A stretch of DNA of 62,766 nucleotides from Negaprion brevirostris (lineage: Eukaryota), in NCBI GenBank assembly GCA_030324005.1, contig JARDVH010000157.1, forward strand, positions 14,874,977-14,937,742, read 5' to 3'. The notes beneath the pieces were generated by a model, which made no database searches, had not been told where the DNA came from, and saw only the letters and a program-made list of their open reading frames with translations. Positions 27,297-40,230 of this stretch are shown here, in pieces; position 1 is the stretch's first letter, and each line of letters starts with the position of its first letter. Position numbers and translations under genes: made by a program.

Positions 27297-27487
27297 AAAA
27301 CAGAAAAATGCTGGAAAATCCCAGCTGGTCTGACAGCACCGGTGGAATGAAAGTAGAGCCAACGTTTCAAATCTAACGAAGGGTCATCCAGACATCGAAA
27401 CATTGGCTCAATGTTGTCAGATCTGCTGAGATTTTACAGCATTTTTTTATTTTTATTTCAGCTTCCAGCATCCGCAGTATTTTGCGT
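27297..27487. mobile_element. Second Penelope-like family, fold-back (inverted) copy
   Basis: Left arm aaacagaaaaatgctggaaaat..gagccaacgtttc is the reverse complement of right arm gaaacattggctc..ttttacagcattttt. Decayed hammerhead core at 27373-27400. Relatives at about 5257-5355, 29467-29592 and 61951-62080. Confidence 0.55.
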
Positions 27488-27988
27488 TTATAAATGCATT
27501 AAGTTTTGCCCATCTGAAACTTCTTCATAATTTATCAGTTCCATAAAAGTTTAGTGGCTTACTCAGCAATAATACATCTGCAAAAACAAGTAACAAAAAG
27601 ACAACAAGTGCACTTATCTATGCTTCAGCGAAGAACGTAGTTCCTAGAATCTAGTACACAGCAAGCTCTCAAATCTGGAATGTTTGTGACAAAGGCACTT
27701 CTGGATTTCAGAATCATTTGAGGATGCCTAATCACATATGTGTGAATTGGAAGTAAATATTTCCCCAAAACGTGAATAAGATAAAGCATTTGGAAGCAGT
27801 AATACACGTGCTTTATTTATTAAGAAATGATGAAATTTGCAATATATGTTATGAAGAATTGAAAAGGGAGACAGAATTAGCAGCAGATCTCAATAACCTT
27901 AGTCATCCATCTTTTCTAATCCATCTTGCATCCAGAATGCCCTTACATAGCTGTTCCCAAACTGTGGATTGTAATCATAAAATAGAAG

Positions 27989-28288
27989 CATAGAATCACT
28001 ACAGTGCAGGAGGAAGCCATTCAGCCCATCAAGCTTGCACTGACAACAATCCCACCCTGGCCTTGTAATCCCACGTATTTACCCTGCTTGTACCTCTGAC
28101 ACTAAGAGACATTTTAGCACAGTCAATCAACCTAATCTGCACATCTCTGGACTGTGGGAGGAAACCAGAGCACCCAGAGGAAACCCACGCAGACACAGGG
28201 ACAATGTGTAAACTCCACACAGTCACCCAGGCCGAAAATAACCCAGGTCCTTGGCACTATGAGGCAGTAGTGCTAACCACTGTGCCAT
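27989..28288 (-). mobile_element. HE1-like V-SINE
   Basis: Multi-copy similarity. Confidence 0.88.
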
Positions 28289-28779
28289 GGACTTAGGGAT
28301 AGCTTTTGGGGTCATGGCAAATCTTTAAATTGTCCCTTATTTGGACAATTCATTATTTAAAATTGCAAGATTTTCCTGATTATTTTTCAAAACCATTTTC
28401 AAATTTCAGCACTATTCAGTTCTAATCCTAACGTCTGTACAATTATTCCCTATTGTATTGTCTAATAAGTTATTTCCACATTTATTTATATACTAAACTG
28501 TAGGCTTGTTTGTACAAATAGATCTGTTCCAAAATGAAAACTGGGTTACAGATCTTGGAAGATTCAAATCCCACTCCATGACCTGATAGCTTCAGGTCAA
28601 TGGACTAGAAGATGCATCTTTTCAGCAACAAGGCTGAACACTATCTGAATTGCTCAAAATACTATTGCATTCCTTACTATCCAGCTTATCTGAAAAGCAT
28701 AACAAGCTAGGCATCTGCTCCGCCTGACCACATTCAGATTGAAGGGATTCTAATGTTTGTTAGTACAACTATTTATGAC

Positions 28780-29065
28780 TATTGAGCTATTTACCATTTA
28801 TATAGATGATATGGAGGAAGGGGCTGAGTGTAGGATNNNNNNNNNNNNNNNNNNNNNNNNNNNNNNNNNNNNNNNNNNNNNNNNNNNNNNNNNNNNNNNN
28901 NNNNNNNNNNNNNNNNNNNNNNNNNNNNNNNNNNNNTTAAGGGTTATGGGGAGAGAGCGGGAAAGTGGAACTGATCCACTTCAGATCAGCCATGATCTTA
29001 TTGAATGGTGGGGGAGGCTCAAAGGGCTAGATGGCTGACTCCTACTCCTGTTTCCCAAGTTCTTA
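28780..29065 (+). mobile_element. CR1 fragment (collapsed across a gap)
   Basis: LFTIYIDDMEEG before the gap and the CR1 tail after it. Confidence 0.75.
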
Positions 29066-29659
29066 TAACTACTGAAAGGCAATATTGTTTGTGACAGGAT
29101 CATTCTCATTATGTTGCAGCAACACAAATGTCCAGTCCGTGAGTTGCATATGCACGCAAAAAAAAAATTCCAGCTGGTGTTGCTAGTTTTGGAATTCCAG
29201 CTTCAAGCATACATTGATCCAACCTTCCCGTATAAATGCAGACACTGCAGTATTATGCCAGTGTGGTGCCACACAGTGGCAGGATGTGGGTTTCTGCCTG
29301 CTGATTTCCCAGCAGAAGGTTGCCAACAACAGGGCTTGCAGAAGACTGGGGTTAAATTACTCATCTTCCAGCAATGGCAAGTCTATGAAGGTACGAATTT
29401 CACTAATGTAAAACTAACAGTAAAACACAAAAGGTCAACGGACTAGATCCAAGAAGTCTAAATCCTAATAGAAATGTCTGGAAACATTTAACAAGTCGGA
29501 TATTGTCTCGAAGAAAGGAAAGTGCTTTCTCCTTTCAGGCATCACCCTTCATCAGAACTCCATTGCGGAGTGTCTCCAGCATTTTCTGTTCACGTTAAAA
29601 ACAAATAAAAAGGCCTTCAATTCTCTACTGCCTTTTATTGTCCGACATCCCTCATTGTT

Positions 29660-29990
29660 GTTAATGAAGCACTTTTGAACTGTAGTCACTGTTGTAAAAT
29701 GTGCAAAACGCAGCAGCTAATTTGCCCATAAAACAGAAATTAAATAAATGACTAAATACACTGCTTTTTAAGTTTTGGTTGGGTGACAAATATTGGCCAA
29801 AATACTGGGGAAAGTTACCCTGCTCTTTTTTTATGTAATAGTGCCACGAGATCTTTTATGGTCACCTGGGAGGCCTTGGTTTACTGGTTCATCAGAAAGA
29901 CAGCACCACTGACAGTGCAGCACATCCTCAGTGCAGCATTTTAAGTGTCAATCTGGATTATGTGACCAAGTTGCTGGAGTGGGACTTGGA
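29660..29990 (-). mobile_element. Deu-domain SINE
   Basis: Reverse complement of the same consensus. Other minus copies at about 18110-18360 plus 19250-19400, 50260-50420 and 57060-57360. Confidence 0.7.
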
Positions 29991-30569
29991 TTTTCACAGT
30001 GTTAATGTAAGCTTACTTGTGACTTATAAATGAACTTTAACTTAACATTAAATCCAAGACTTAATGACTCAAATNNNNNNNNNNAAGGTGAAGGTCACTA
30101 ATCTTGGTGACTAACAACAGAAAAGTACTAAATATTCCAATTCACCGGACATTCCTTTTGAAAAGTCCTAATTTTATTTCAGTGGTTTAGTAGGCACAAG
30201 ATGTGTACCAATTTATACACACATTGCCAGGTCCAATTTCTAATGCAACTGATCTCTGCTGATGCAGCTTCTAGGGACCATCATCTTTACCTTTATTGGG
30301 CTAAGGAGGAGAAAATGAAAATGAGTCAGGATTTCTATCTCTGATAATTACCCAGCAAATCTTCCTGAAAGTGTAGGACGTGGATCTCAACAGAGCTGAG
30401 GGTCAAACTGCTCTGTGATGCCCAGCATCCAAGCATCCATTTTTCAGACTTACATCTACCGACTGCCTTCATGGATAAGGTATTGGGCAGCTGCCAGTGT
30501 TTGTGGAATTGAACCTTGACGGGAGAGAACACCCTAGGCAAGAGAGGAAAGAAAGGTAAAAAACAATGG

Positions 30570-30592
30570 TGGGGGGGGGGGGCGGGGGGGGG
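30570..30592 (+). repeat. Poly-G tract
   Basis: G-run interrupted by one C, in intron 10. Confidence 0.85.
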
Positions 30593-30846
30593 TAAGGGAG
30601 GAAAGAAGTGCAAGAGCAAAACCTGGAAACGAACAGTTCCTGATTGCACCTAACGAGATTAGTAGCTCCTGACAAATAGAATGGATGCATTTAAAGGGGA
30701 AGAAAGAAACAGAAGATTACTTTGATAGGGTTAAATAAAGAAGAATGTCAAGGGGCTCGTGTAGACGGTAAGCATCAGCATAGACCAGTTAGATCAAATG
30801 GTCCAGTGCTATAAATTACATGCAACTCTACTTATGTAAAACTTAC

Positions 30847-31002
30847 ACCATCTAAAGCATCCTCGAAGCAGCTCAGCCAATACTCCCTTGCCATGGCATC
30901 TTCGGTGAGGTCAACCGTATCTGGGACATACGATGATGCATCTAGAAGGAGAGGAAGGTTCACCAGCTGCCGTTCCAGTCGGTCCATCTCCAGCATGTCA
31001 AA
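30847..31002 (-). CDS. PANK4: PANK4 exon 10 ([52 protein letters not shown])
   Basis: Hand translation. Acceptor ttggtag|, donor |GTAAGT, 156 nt. Confidence 0.96.
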
Positions 31003-31619
31003 CTACCAATGAATCAAACCTTCAGTTTACTGCATGAAGCAACGATTCCCTTTAATTCCTTATTACATATTTTGTAGCACCTCAAAAATGTGAACATATT
31101 AGTCGGGTGGGGGGGGAGGAGTTGATAAGAATGCCTCCCAATAAAAAAAATCAATATGCACAAGCACGCTCACACATATACGTAGCTCCAGGCTGCCATT
31201 GTCAGACACTGCATTGCTGTTGGTGTTTGTGCTGGCAAATATTGGAGTTTCTTCCATTTTTTGCTCAAACCACTTGTGTTGTACTAGGACCGGCTCGGAA
31301 CATATGGAAGATTTTAGAAGCATTGTAGCCACAAAAGCTGGACAATAAAATTCACTTACATCTCTCTTTATTGAAAAGAAGGTGCTGCCAATGTCACAAT
31401 AGGAGGTAGTAGAAAAATCAGTTTGGATAAAGTAAAGAATTAAAATGTTGACCACAATCCAAGTAGAAAAGTCATCCAGTTACGATGGGGTGCATCCTTT
31501 TGATTGTGGAAATATGGAAATTGTAGCGGCTCTGACCTGAATGGTCCAATCATCCTTGGGCATGGGGCAGTGCCAAAGGATTGGAAATAACATTTGGATT
31601 CATTAATTTAAGACAAAAT

Positions 31620-32085
31620 TAAGTGACACTTGGAAAATGAAGTGTCAATAAGTGTAAGTCAGCATGGATTTGTTAAAGGAAAATTATGTTTGACTAACGT
31701 GACTGAATTATTTGATGAAATAGTGAACAGAGTGGATTGTGGTGGTTATGGCTGATATTGTTCATATGAACTTTCAAAAGGTGTTTGATAATGTACCACA
31801 TAAGAAGAATTCTGGTGAAATTAATGGCCATGTCATTAAAGGTAAGGTGGAGTAACATGAGGGGAAAAGTACGCAGCAACTAATAATCTGGAACGTACTT
31901 TCTGAAAGGCTAATAAAAACAGATTCAATAATAACTTTCAAAAGGGAACGGGATAAATACTTAAAATAGAGACATTTACTGAACAATGGGGAAAGATCAA
32001 GAGAATGGAATTAATTGGAAATTCTTTCAAAGAGTAACCATAGACATGATGGGCTAAGCGGATCATTCTGTGTTATATCAGACTA
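31620..32085 (+). mobile_element. Old CR1 fragment(s)
   Basis: SQHGFVKGKLCLTN..LFDE and FQKVFDNVPH remnants followed by a CR1-like 3' end. Confidence 0.75.
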
Positions 32086-33507
32086 TAACATGAGCCCCAT
32101 CATCCACCCACACAGGATAAGTCTTTTAAAGCACACACTTTATAAATTACAATATTGGGGGCATTTTAAATGCAAGGATCACAAGTCCTTCTATTCCTTG
32201 CTGCTTAATATCAAGACACCCAAATTTCAGTCTCACTGTTGCTTGACAGGTGGTATCAGTGCACACACAACTCACACTTTTTGAAAACTGGAAGGTATAG
32301 GAGTAAAAGCCAACTTGCCTATTAGTGCCATTCAAACTGTAGTTTTGACACATCATTCCGAGCACAGACAAGCCAAACAGGATTACACCCTCCAGTGATT
32401 TCACACTCCTTCTCCCCAACCCCGCCACAACCACCCCCAGAATATGCAAACAGTAGGAGCAATTGCAGTCAAACGGACTCCTATCTACACTGTAGTGGGG
32501 AGTAAAGGGCAGCAATTGAAGGACATAGCTATTTAACCTGCTTATTCTCAACGTCAACTATCTTCGNNNNNNNNNNTCCTTTCTGTTCCCTCTAACAGGA
32601 TGAAAATTATTCTGCAGTTAATGCAACAAAGCAAAGGGGAGAAAAGAAATGAACAGGATCACTTACTGAAAACTGTAGAAGGATTAACAGAACGTGGAGA
32701 CGACCAGGAAAGGAATGAAAGATGCAGGTTAGAACTTAAAAGTGTAAAATGAACAAAAGAAAATAAGTGAGCTATCCCTGCACGCAAGATGCTTGCAGTA
32801 TTCATCCTTCTCTAGCCATCACCTTAAGCCTTCCAGAAACTCTGGCACCTCAAATTATATGGGCAAGACTTTTAGGATCCATTTTGGGGAAGAGAATGGA
32901 TGACTTTCTGCTTTTTAAAAATTATTTCAAGGCTTTATCACCCCAAATTCAATATGCTGGTTTTGATTAAGAAAACTTGCTACTTTAACTGAACATTGTA
33001 CTCGGGTGTGGGTAGCAACAACCTAACAAAACTTAAACCTGGACAATATACCGCCGGGGGATAAAATTAACCTCATGTCTATGGTATATGACTTGGTGCC
33101 ACATCCTGATATGTAGACATGACCTGTAACATGATTTGAGACAAAGTACCACTGTTTCACCCAAGATGTGCCTGAAGTGGCAAGAACGGCCGTGTCTGGG
33201 CATATCTCAGCAACAACCAGTGACCTAAATTACTCATATTATTTCAGAGATACCAGAAAGACACTGGAAATAGCCTTTGTAAAGATTAATGTTCAAGACT
33301 CAAATGTTCTGTACATGTTTACATTAAAGCAAGAATTAACATCCAATTTCAAAAACTATTATAAACAAGGGCAGATGGTGTAGTGGTAATGTCACTGGAC
33401 GAGTAATCCAAAGAACCAGGCTAATGCTCTAGGGACATGGTTTCAAATCCCAATACAGGAGCTGCTAGAATTTCAATTCAATTAATAAAATCTGGAATTG
33501 ACAGCTA

Positions 33508-33625
33508 TGCCAGAATTCTACCACCTTGCCCGCCCAAGGTTCGTAAGATCTCGTCCAAGGCCAACAGAGAATGCCTTTCTGCGAGCCTCAGGATTGGGGT
33601 GGGCGAGGCAGTAAAATTCTGGCCC
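33508..33625. mobile_element. 118-bp MITE with about 27-bp terminal inverted repeats and TA target duplication
   Basis: gccagaattctaccaccttgcccgccc versus reverse complement of the right end gccagaattttactgcctcgcccaccc. TA at 33506-33507 and 33626-33627. Confidence 0.75.
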
Positions 33626-33663
33626 TAATCTCAGTAATGGTAACCACAACCATGGTAACACAG

Positions 33664-33933
33664 GGGCAGCACAGTGGCACTGCAGTCTCACAGCTCCAGG
33701 GACTTGGGTTCAATACCCAACTTGGGTCACTGCCTGTGTGGTGTTTGCATGTTCTCTGTGTCTGTGTGGGTTTCCTCCCACAGTCCAAAAATGTGCAGGT
33801 TAGGTGAATTGGCCATACTAAATTCTCCCTTAGTGTACCCGACAGACACTGGAATGTGGCGACTGGGTGATTTTCACAGTAACTTCATTATGGTGTGAAT
33901 GTAAGCTTACTTGTGACTAATAAATAAAAATAA
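33664..33933 (+). mobile_element. V-SINE with alternative ('type B') 3' tail
   Basis: Same head and V-domain, but tail tgtggcgact..ttttcacagtaacttcatt..aatgtaagcttacttgtgactaataaataaa. Confidence 0.85.
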
Positions 33934-34731
33934 ACTATCATCGATTATCATAAAAACCCAACTGATTCATTAGCACCCTTCAAGGGTAGTTAGGGGTGGA
34001 CAACAATGCTGGCCTTGCACACGATGCCCACATCTCATGAAAAAAAAACAGCACGCTTCTGGAATAAATAATTAAATGCACAAAACAGTCACTGAGTGGA
34101 CTGAAGAGGCATTTGCTGGTTTCAGTAAAAGGGTTTTTTTTTTCCTTTCTCTTCATGATGGGATTAAAAAAAGGTTTGCTTCAGAATAAATCAAAGTGCT
34201 GTTAATTGCCTGCATATGAATGAATTCACATTCAGGTCAAAATTGTGAGGGCTCCAAGGTGCACTTACACTGCAAATGCAGTCCCTACTTCTCTGCTGTA
34301 GAAGCAGTCAGAATAGATTCACAGCCCAGTGCAATATCAACTAGAGCTATGTGGAATGAATGTGGAGAAAGGAGCCACCTACATCTCTCCAGTGTTGGGG
34401 TAAGCCTCTGCACTGCAGTTAAACTACTCCAGCACTGAAATTATATGCTCAGCATATTAATCTACTACTCCAGAAAGCATTATAAACAAGGCCTTTTTGC
34501 AACTCATTTGAAACAAATTCCACAAATTTTGAAATAGCATGGATTTGTTTTGCTTTGTTGTGCTGGACAATAGTGTTAAAATGTCACCTTCATTCCCTGC
34601 TTCCAAGACAACTGCTCTCTACTTAAAGAATTTGGCGAATGTCCGCTCCATAGGCTAGTCTTTTGAAGGTACCAGGTTTTATGTAACTCATGTGGTTCGC
34701 AAAATACATGATTCTCATTACAGATGCATAC

Positions 34732-34832
34732 CGTTCCACTTCGTGTTCGTTGCAGCGGATGCACATCAGGAGAACTGTTCATTAAACCTGAACTGCCAGC
34801 ATAGTTCTCTCCCCAGCTGTACTGATTAGGAT
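34732..34832 (-). CDS. PANK4: PANK4 exon 9, interdomain linker ([34 protein letters not shown])
   Basis: Acceptor tttttcag|, donor ACG|GTATGC, 101 nt. Confidence 0.96.
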
Positions 34833-35049
34833 CTGAAAAATAAAACATGATAGGATAGGCAGTGGGTAACTTGTAAATTGTAACTTGTAACTTGGCAGCT
34901 GGAAATATGTGTATTTCTGGAAACAAAGAAAAATTTGGAGAAACTGCACTGGTTTTCCACAACTAACACACACTCCAAGAATCTCTCATAGCGCTGCCTT
35001 GGAGTATCAAACCTGATTTCATGTTCAAGGACCCGCTGGCTGGCTTGAA

Positions 35050-35520
35050 TTATTGAACTTTTGACACAGGAAGCAAGAATGCTAGCCAAGCCAACCAATG
35101 TAATTTGGTGTTTGATCAATTTTGAAGACAGGCTGTAAAGACTAGGCTTGTATTCCCCTGACCCTAGAAGCACAAAGAGTGATGTAAATTAGGTGTTTAA
35201 GATGAACTAAGGATTTGAGAGGGTAGGTAAGAGAGAAACTATCTCCTCTGGTGGAAAGTGTCCAGAACAAGGTGACATCGCCTTAAAATTAGAGCTAGGC
35301 AGTTCAGGTTTGATGCCAAAAGGCACTTCTTCATAGAAGTTGCATCTTTCTTTCCCTAAAGATCTGTTGAGATTGGGATGAATTGAAAGTTTCAAAACTA
35401 AAATTGATAATGTTTTTGTTGGTTACAGAACCAAGGTGGCTAAACAGTGCTAAAATACAGATCACCCATGATCTACCTGACAGAACAGGCTCAAGTGACT
35501 GATGGTCTACTGCTAATACT
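35050..35520 (+). mobile_element. Old CR1 3' fragment in intron 8
   Basis: RLGLYSP remnant and 3' UTR similar to other CR1 copies here. Confidence 0.7.
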
Positions 35521-35604
35521 TTGGCCCAAGCACAATGCAGGGATGAGAACAAAGTGCCAGATTTTTACAACTGAAAACGTGATACACTGAAAACAGGTAC
35601 TTAC

Positions 35605-35686
35605 TGTCCTCTTCTGCTCCCTTTAGAAAAGCCCCAATAGCACCCAGGTATCCTTCGTGCCTCAGAAATAATGCCTGAACTTCACC
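35605..35686 (-). CDS. PANK4: PANK4 exon 8 ([27 protein letters not shown])
   Basis: Not in the ORF track; translated by hand. Acceptor ttgttag|, donor A|GTAAGT, 82 nt. Confidence 0.96.
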
Positions 35687-35886
35687 CTAACAACCAGGTA
35701 CAATAAAACCAATGATAAACCAGTCAGTGACAAATTTGTTTTCACACAATAACTTCATTGTAAAGAGGTTAGGGCAGCTGGATTCATGGCAAGACTTAAT
35801 GTTAAAACAGTTCAGATACTTCCAAAGACCCCACTAAAATAAGTGCCGCACCACTGCATTCACCCCACTTCCCCTGTGATTATTAC

Positions 35887-36068
35887 CTTTGTGAAGTAGT
35901 TAATACTGTAAGTAATAGTGTGCATGGTAACAGGATGGCCTCGAATAAAGAAACCACCAAAGTAGACTCTGCTGAGGTTGTGAAGCTTGGCATACAGGCA
36001 GGCCAGCTGGCCAATGTCATTGCTGATCATATGGAGTAAACTCTTTGCCATGTCCTCTTTGGTGAACT
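35887..36068 (-). CDS. PANK4: PANK4 exon 7 ([25 protein letters not shown]...[11 protein letters not shown])
   Basis: Acceptor tgtttag|, donor AAG|GTAATA, 182 nt. Confidence 0.96.
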
Positions 36069-36737
36069 CTAAACACACAAAAAAAAGTCATTTAATGATC
36101 TGTAACGTTGGGCGGAAGGAAGAAAAACAGAGGGGGAAAGAATGCGATTCACATTAACAGATATTACTAACCTCTTGTAAGATTCCTGAATTTCTATCAA
36201 TCTTACTCAACAGCCACTATAAAACAAAAGGATTCCCACGTGGAGAGCTACTAATTTCAGTTATATCACTATCCTCACTTCTACATCAAACTAGTAATTT
36301 GACTGAGAGATGTCACGGTGAATGGTAATGGGGAATGGTACACTGGTTTAGAAATGCACACGTTAGCTTGGTCCTTAGACTGGTTGGTGAAAGGGCGCAG
36401 AAACTTTACTCTGCAAAAAATTGTGGTTCTCCTAGACATAGAAGGCAACAAGGATTCTGTATGCGTAAAGCATGAATTATTGCACTCTCAGCACCAACAT
36501 CTCCTACCTTCATAAGCTTAAATCTTAAAAGTAAAAGCAATACGTCAAGTAAGAGCTTTTGCTCTGGGTTCTACCATTATCACTTACTTATCATCAGTCA
36601 TGTTTTATGCAAGATTTAGTTTGATGCACAACTTTGTATTCTAATGATAGTTCTATTGGGCATGATCATAGAACAGCAATAACTTTTAACATCATCACTC
36701 AGTTAAATGGATTTCACACACTAAGTACACCTATAAA

Positions 36738-37370
36738 AATATAAGAAACAGGAGCAGTAGAGCCTGTTCCCCTATTCAATATCATGGTTAAATTACTGCT
36801 TCAACATCACTTTCCCACCTGCTCCCTGTATCTCCTAATTCCCCGAGAGACCTAAAATCTGTCTATCCCTACTTCAATGATGAAGTAACCACAATTTTCT
36901 GCAGTAGACAATTCCAAAGATTCACAACCCTTTGAGTGGAGAAATTTCTCATCTCAATTCCAAATGACTGACCTCTTATTAGGAGACTTCCCCTGTATTC
37001 TAGATCCCCCAGGCAGAGGAAACAACCTCTGTGTCTATCCTATCCAGCCCCTTTCTTTCAGAATCTTGTATGTTTTAATGAGATTACATTTCATTCTTCT
37101 AAACTCCAGATTATAGGCCCGATTTACTCATCCTCACACTACAGGACAACCCTCACACTGTAGGAACCAATCTATGAACCTGTGTATAACGTTCCAAGTG
37201 GTCTCACCAAAGTTCTATACAACTGCAGCAAGAATTCTTTATTCTTGTATGCCAATCCCCTTAAAGGCCAACATGCTATGCCTTCTTGATCACCTGCTGT
37301 TGCTGCGTGTTAACTTTGTGTTCCTTATACAAGCATTGTACATCCAAGTCTCTCCAAACATCAACATTTA
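36738..37370 (-). mobile_element. CR1 3' fragment
   Basis: Reverse complement of the CR1 tail (ataagaaacaggagcagtag...) plus ORF2-end similarity. Confidence 0.75.
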
Positions 37371-38033
37371 GAACACCATACCTGTTCAAAAAATGTAGAA
37401 TTAGTACTTTATAACAGCGTTCTAAAGCAACCTACACAAGTCGTCCTGGTCTTATAATGCCATTTTATTTCCCCCATTACTGTTGGAAAAAAGTACTTTA
37501 ATCTCATTTAACAGGCTTGGTTTTAAGTCCCCTCTTAAGGTTTCTCTTTACTACTATATAAAACGTTGGACAGGCATTATACTCTTGTCCTATCTCAATC
37601 CAGCCGACGGTATGGATACAAAGCAGTAACACTTTGTACAATGGGATTTAGTGCATTGTAAGGCTCCCATTTTCCAATGTGCAAGGAAAAGTCCCGTCTT
37701 CTCTAAGTTAAGGTTCACACTCTTCCAATTCCAACTTTCACTTTGCCCAGCCAAGATGGATTCATCAGTNNNNNNNNNNNNNNNNNNNNNNNNNNNNNNN
37801 NNNNNNNNNNNNNNNNNNNNNNNNNNNNNNNNNNNNNNNNNNNNNNNNNNNNNNNNNNNNNNNNNNNNNCAGCCTGCCTTGGAAATATATTGCCAGTCCT
37901 TCACTGTCGCTGGGTCAAATTCCTGGAACTCCTTCTCTAACAGCGCTGTCCAGAAGTAACAAACATCACGGTGGGTTTCAGCAATGGTGAGCACTCAGGT
38001 AAAGTTATGGAAGCAGAAATCAGCAGTCTTATA

Positions 38034-38301
38034 ATCATAGAATCCTTACAGGAAGAACCCATTCAGCCAATCGAAACTGCACCAACAATTATCCCACCCA
38101 GGCCCTATCTCAGTAACTCTACATATTTATCCTGCTAATTCCCCCTGACACTAAGGGACAATCAACCTACCCTGCACATTGTTGGAGTGTGGGAGGAAAC
38201 CCACACAGACACGGGGAGAATGTGCATAGTCCACACAGACACTCACCCAAAGCCGGAATTGAACCCAGATCCCTGGTGCTGTGGGACAGAAGTGCTGCCA
38301 T
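38034..38301 (-). mobile_element. HE1-like V-SINE
   Basis: Multi-copy similarity. Confidence 0.85.
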
Positions 38302-39456
38302 TGTGCAAGGAAAATTCCTGTTTTCTCCTATTTAACGTTCTCACTCCAATTCTCACTTTGCCCAATGAAGACGGATCCGTCAGTCACCAGGTCTCTGGGA
38401 TACTCTTCCAAGATCAATTTGTACGCTAGTTGTCTCATGCTTCCAAAAAGACTCCTGAGGATCCCTTTCTCTGTTCTGTTTGATGTCCCCTGGCATAACT
38501 TGGAACTTATCCATGGCTAAGATTTTGGAGAGAATTATGTTTATGTGTTGTGCTTTATAACAAAAAGAATTTTCACAGGTTTTGAAACAGAAACAGCAAC
38601 AGACTGCAGGCATTGAAGATGAATACTGAAACCAAATGACTTCCTATACTTCAACCAAGACAATGAGAGACAACTGACTCATACCAGATTCAAGTCACTG
38701 TTGTTTTTATTCATTTTGAGAATAGTGGGAAATATCTTTCAAAGTCACAACACAAAAAGGAGCAGGACAGCTATCAGTTTTAGTTTATTCATGTGGCATA
38801 ATGGCAAAACACTGAATAAATTAGAGGGACTGACTTTCCACTGATTGGGATCTCAGAAGAAAGGGCAAAGAGTTGTAGACTGACTCTACAAGTTCACTCA
38901 ACTTCCAGGTCAGTCAGAATTAGAAGGATAGAGAGAGAGGCAAGGAGAGAGAGAGAGCATGGCATGATCTTCATTGTTCATATTCTCAATTAGGATTTAG
39001 CAATTAGTTGAATCATGTTCAGAAATCTAAACAGTTTTACAATTGTATCACTAAAGTGTTTCAGTCTGCCTTTGGAAAGATTGGAGAAGTGTATGAGGGC
39101 GTGTGCAAGACCTGACATCCACTTTAGTTACAATGAAATCCTACTGTTGCACTCCCAGGGTTAGACTATTGTATAATTAGATTTTATGCAGTACAGTAAA
39201 TTATCTGATTACAAATCATTCCAAATGCTTATGGAAGTGGGACTCGCTGACGTTCCTGAAAAAATGTCAGAAGCAGATCTGAAAGTTCTGACATCTACCC
39301 TTTCCTTGAGTATCCAGGGTGTTGCTTTTACACAAAGTGTTATGTAAATACATGTATGTATGCAATTGGTGAGATACTGCTTTTTATTTATATTACCATT
39401 TTGTTAAAACCAGCAAGGATAGGATTTTCAGTTAGGTATTTTATGTACTGTAACTT

Positions 39457-39745
39457 CATAGAATCCCTACAATGCAGAAAGAGGCCCTTCAGCCTATTAA
39501 TCCTACACCAACAACAATCCCACCCAGGCCCTATCTCTGTAACCCCACCTATTTACCCTGCTAGTCCCCCACACTAAATCAACCTAACACACATCTTCGG
39601 ACCGTGGGAGGAAACTGGAGCGCCCAGATGAAACCCACACAGACACAGGGAGAACATGCAAACTCCACACAGTGACCTGAAGCCAGAATTGAACCCAGGT
39701 CCCTGGCACTGTGAGGTAGCAATACTAACCACTGTGCCACTGTGG
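39457..39745 (-). mobile_element. HE1-like V-SINE
   Basis: Multi-copy similarity. Confidence 0.88.
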
Positions 39746-40076
39746 TGCAGAAGACCACCCTACATAACTCTTTCCATTTCCTACTTCAGCTATCTTTGTC
39801 CATGAATGAGAGGAATAAATCAATATCAACTTAGCATTAATTCTGCGTTGTGAAATTATGCTTTCTGGGAACTGGATCAAATCTACTTCACGTGGGAATC
39901 TTACAGATAGGAAGAGACTTTCATCCCATAAATTTGGGTTTGACTCAAAACCAAGTGTGAAAAGTAAAAAGCATATTCAACTGCTTAGTACCTCTCCCTA
40001 AAGGTTCTCTCAAGAAACTGCCTCCAACTGAACAGGATGTAAATCAAGACATAACTATTAACCAGGGTGCACTTAC

Positions 40077-40230
40077 CTTTATCGGTAGTGGCAGATTTTC
40101 CAAAGCTGCTGGCAATAAGATCCCCAGTCAGCCCAAAGGATTCGTACGCCCCTCCATAAATATCACGAACTAACATGTCTACGTTTGTGTGCTGTCCTTT
40201 TGATGCAAGCTGCAATAATTCATCAAATCT
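40077..40230 (-). CDS. PANK4: PANK4 exon 6 ([27 protein letters not shown]...[13 protein letters not shown])
   Basis: Acceptor ttctacag|, donor G|GTAAGT, 154 nt. Confidence 0.96.

Larger units (their letters stand above)
33368..34030 (+). mobile_element. Third tRNA-derived SINE family ('family C'), hosting two nested insertions
   Basis: Head tggtgtagtggtaatgtcactggac..ggtttcaaatccc; tail ..gctggccttg..gatgcccacatctcatgaaaaaa. Relatives at about 13328-13535, 44725-45468 (split by a CR1 piece), 48800-48955 and 50518-50955 (-). Confidence 0.7.

Noticed and set aside
30570-30600. RNA G-quadruplex regulating exon 10 splicing
   Set aside because: The G-run is on the template strand, so the pre-mRNA is C-rich here. 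Long G homopolymers are also error-prone in short-read assemblies.
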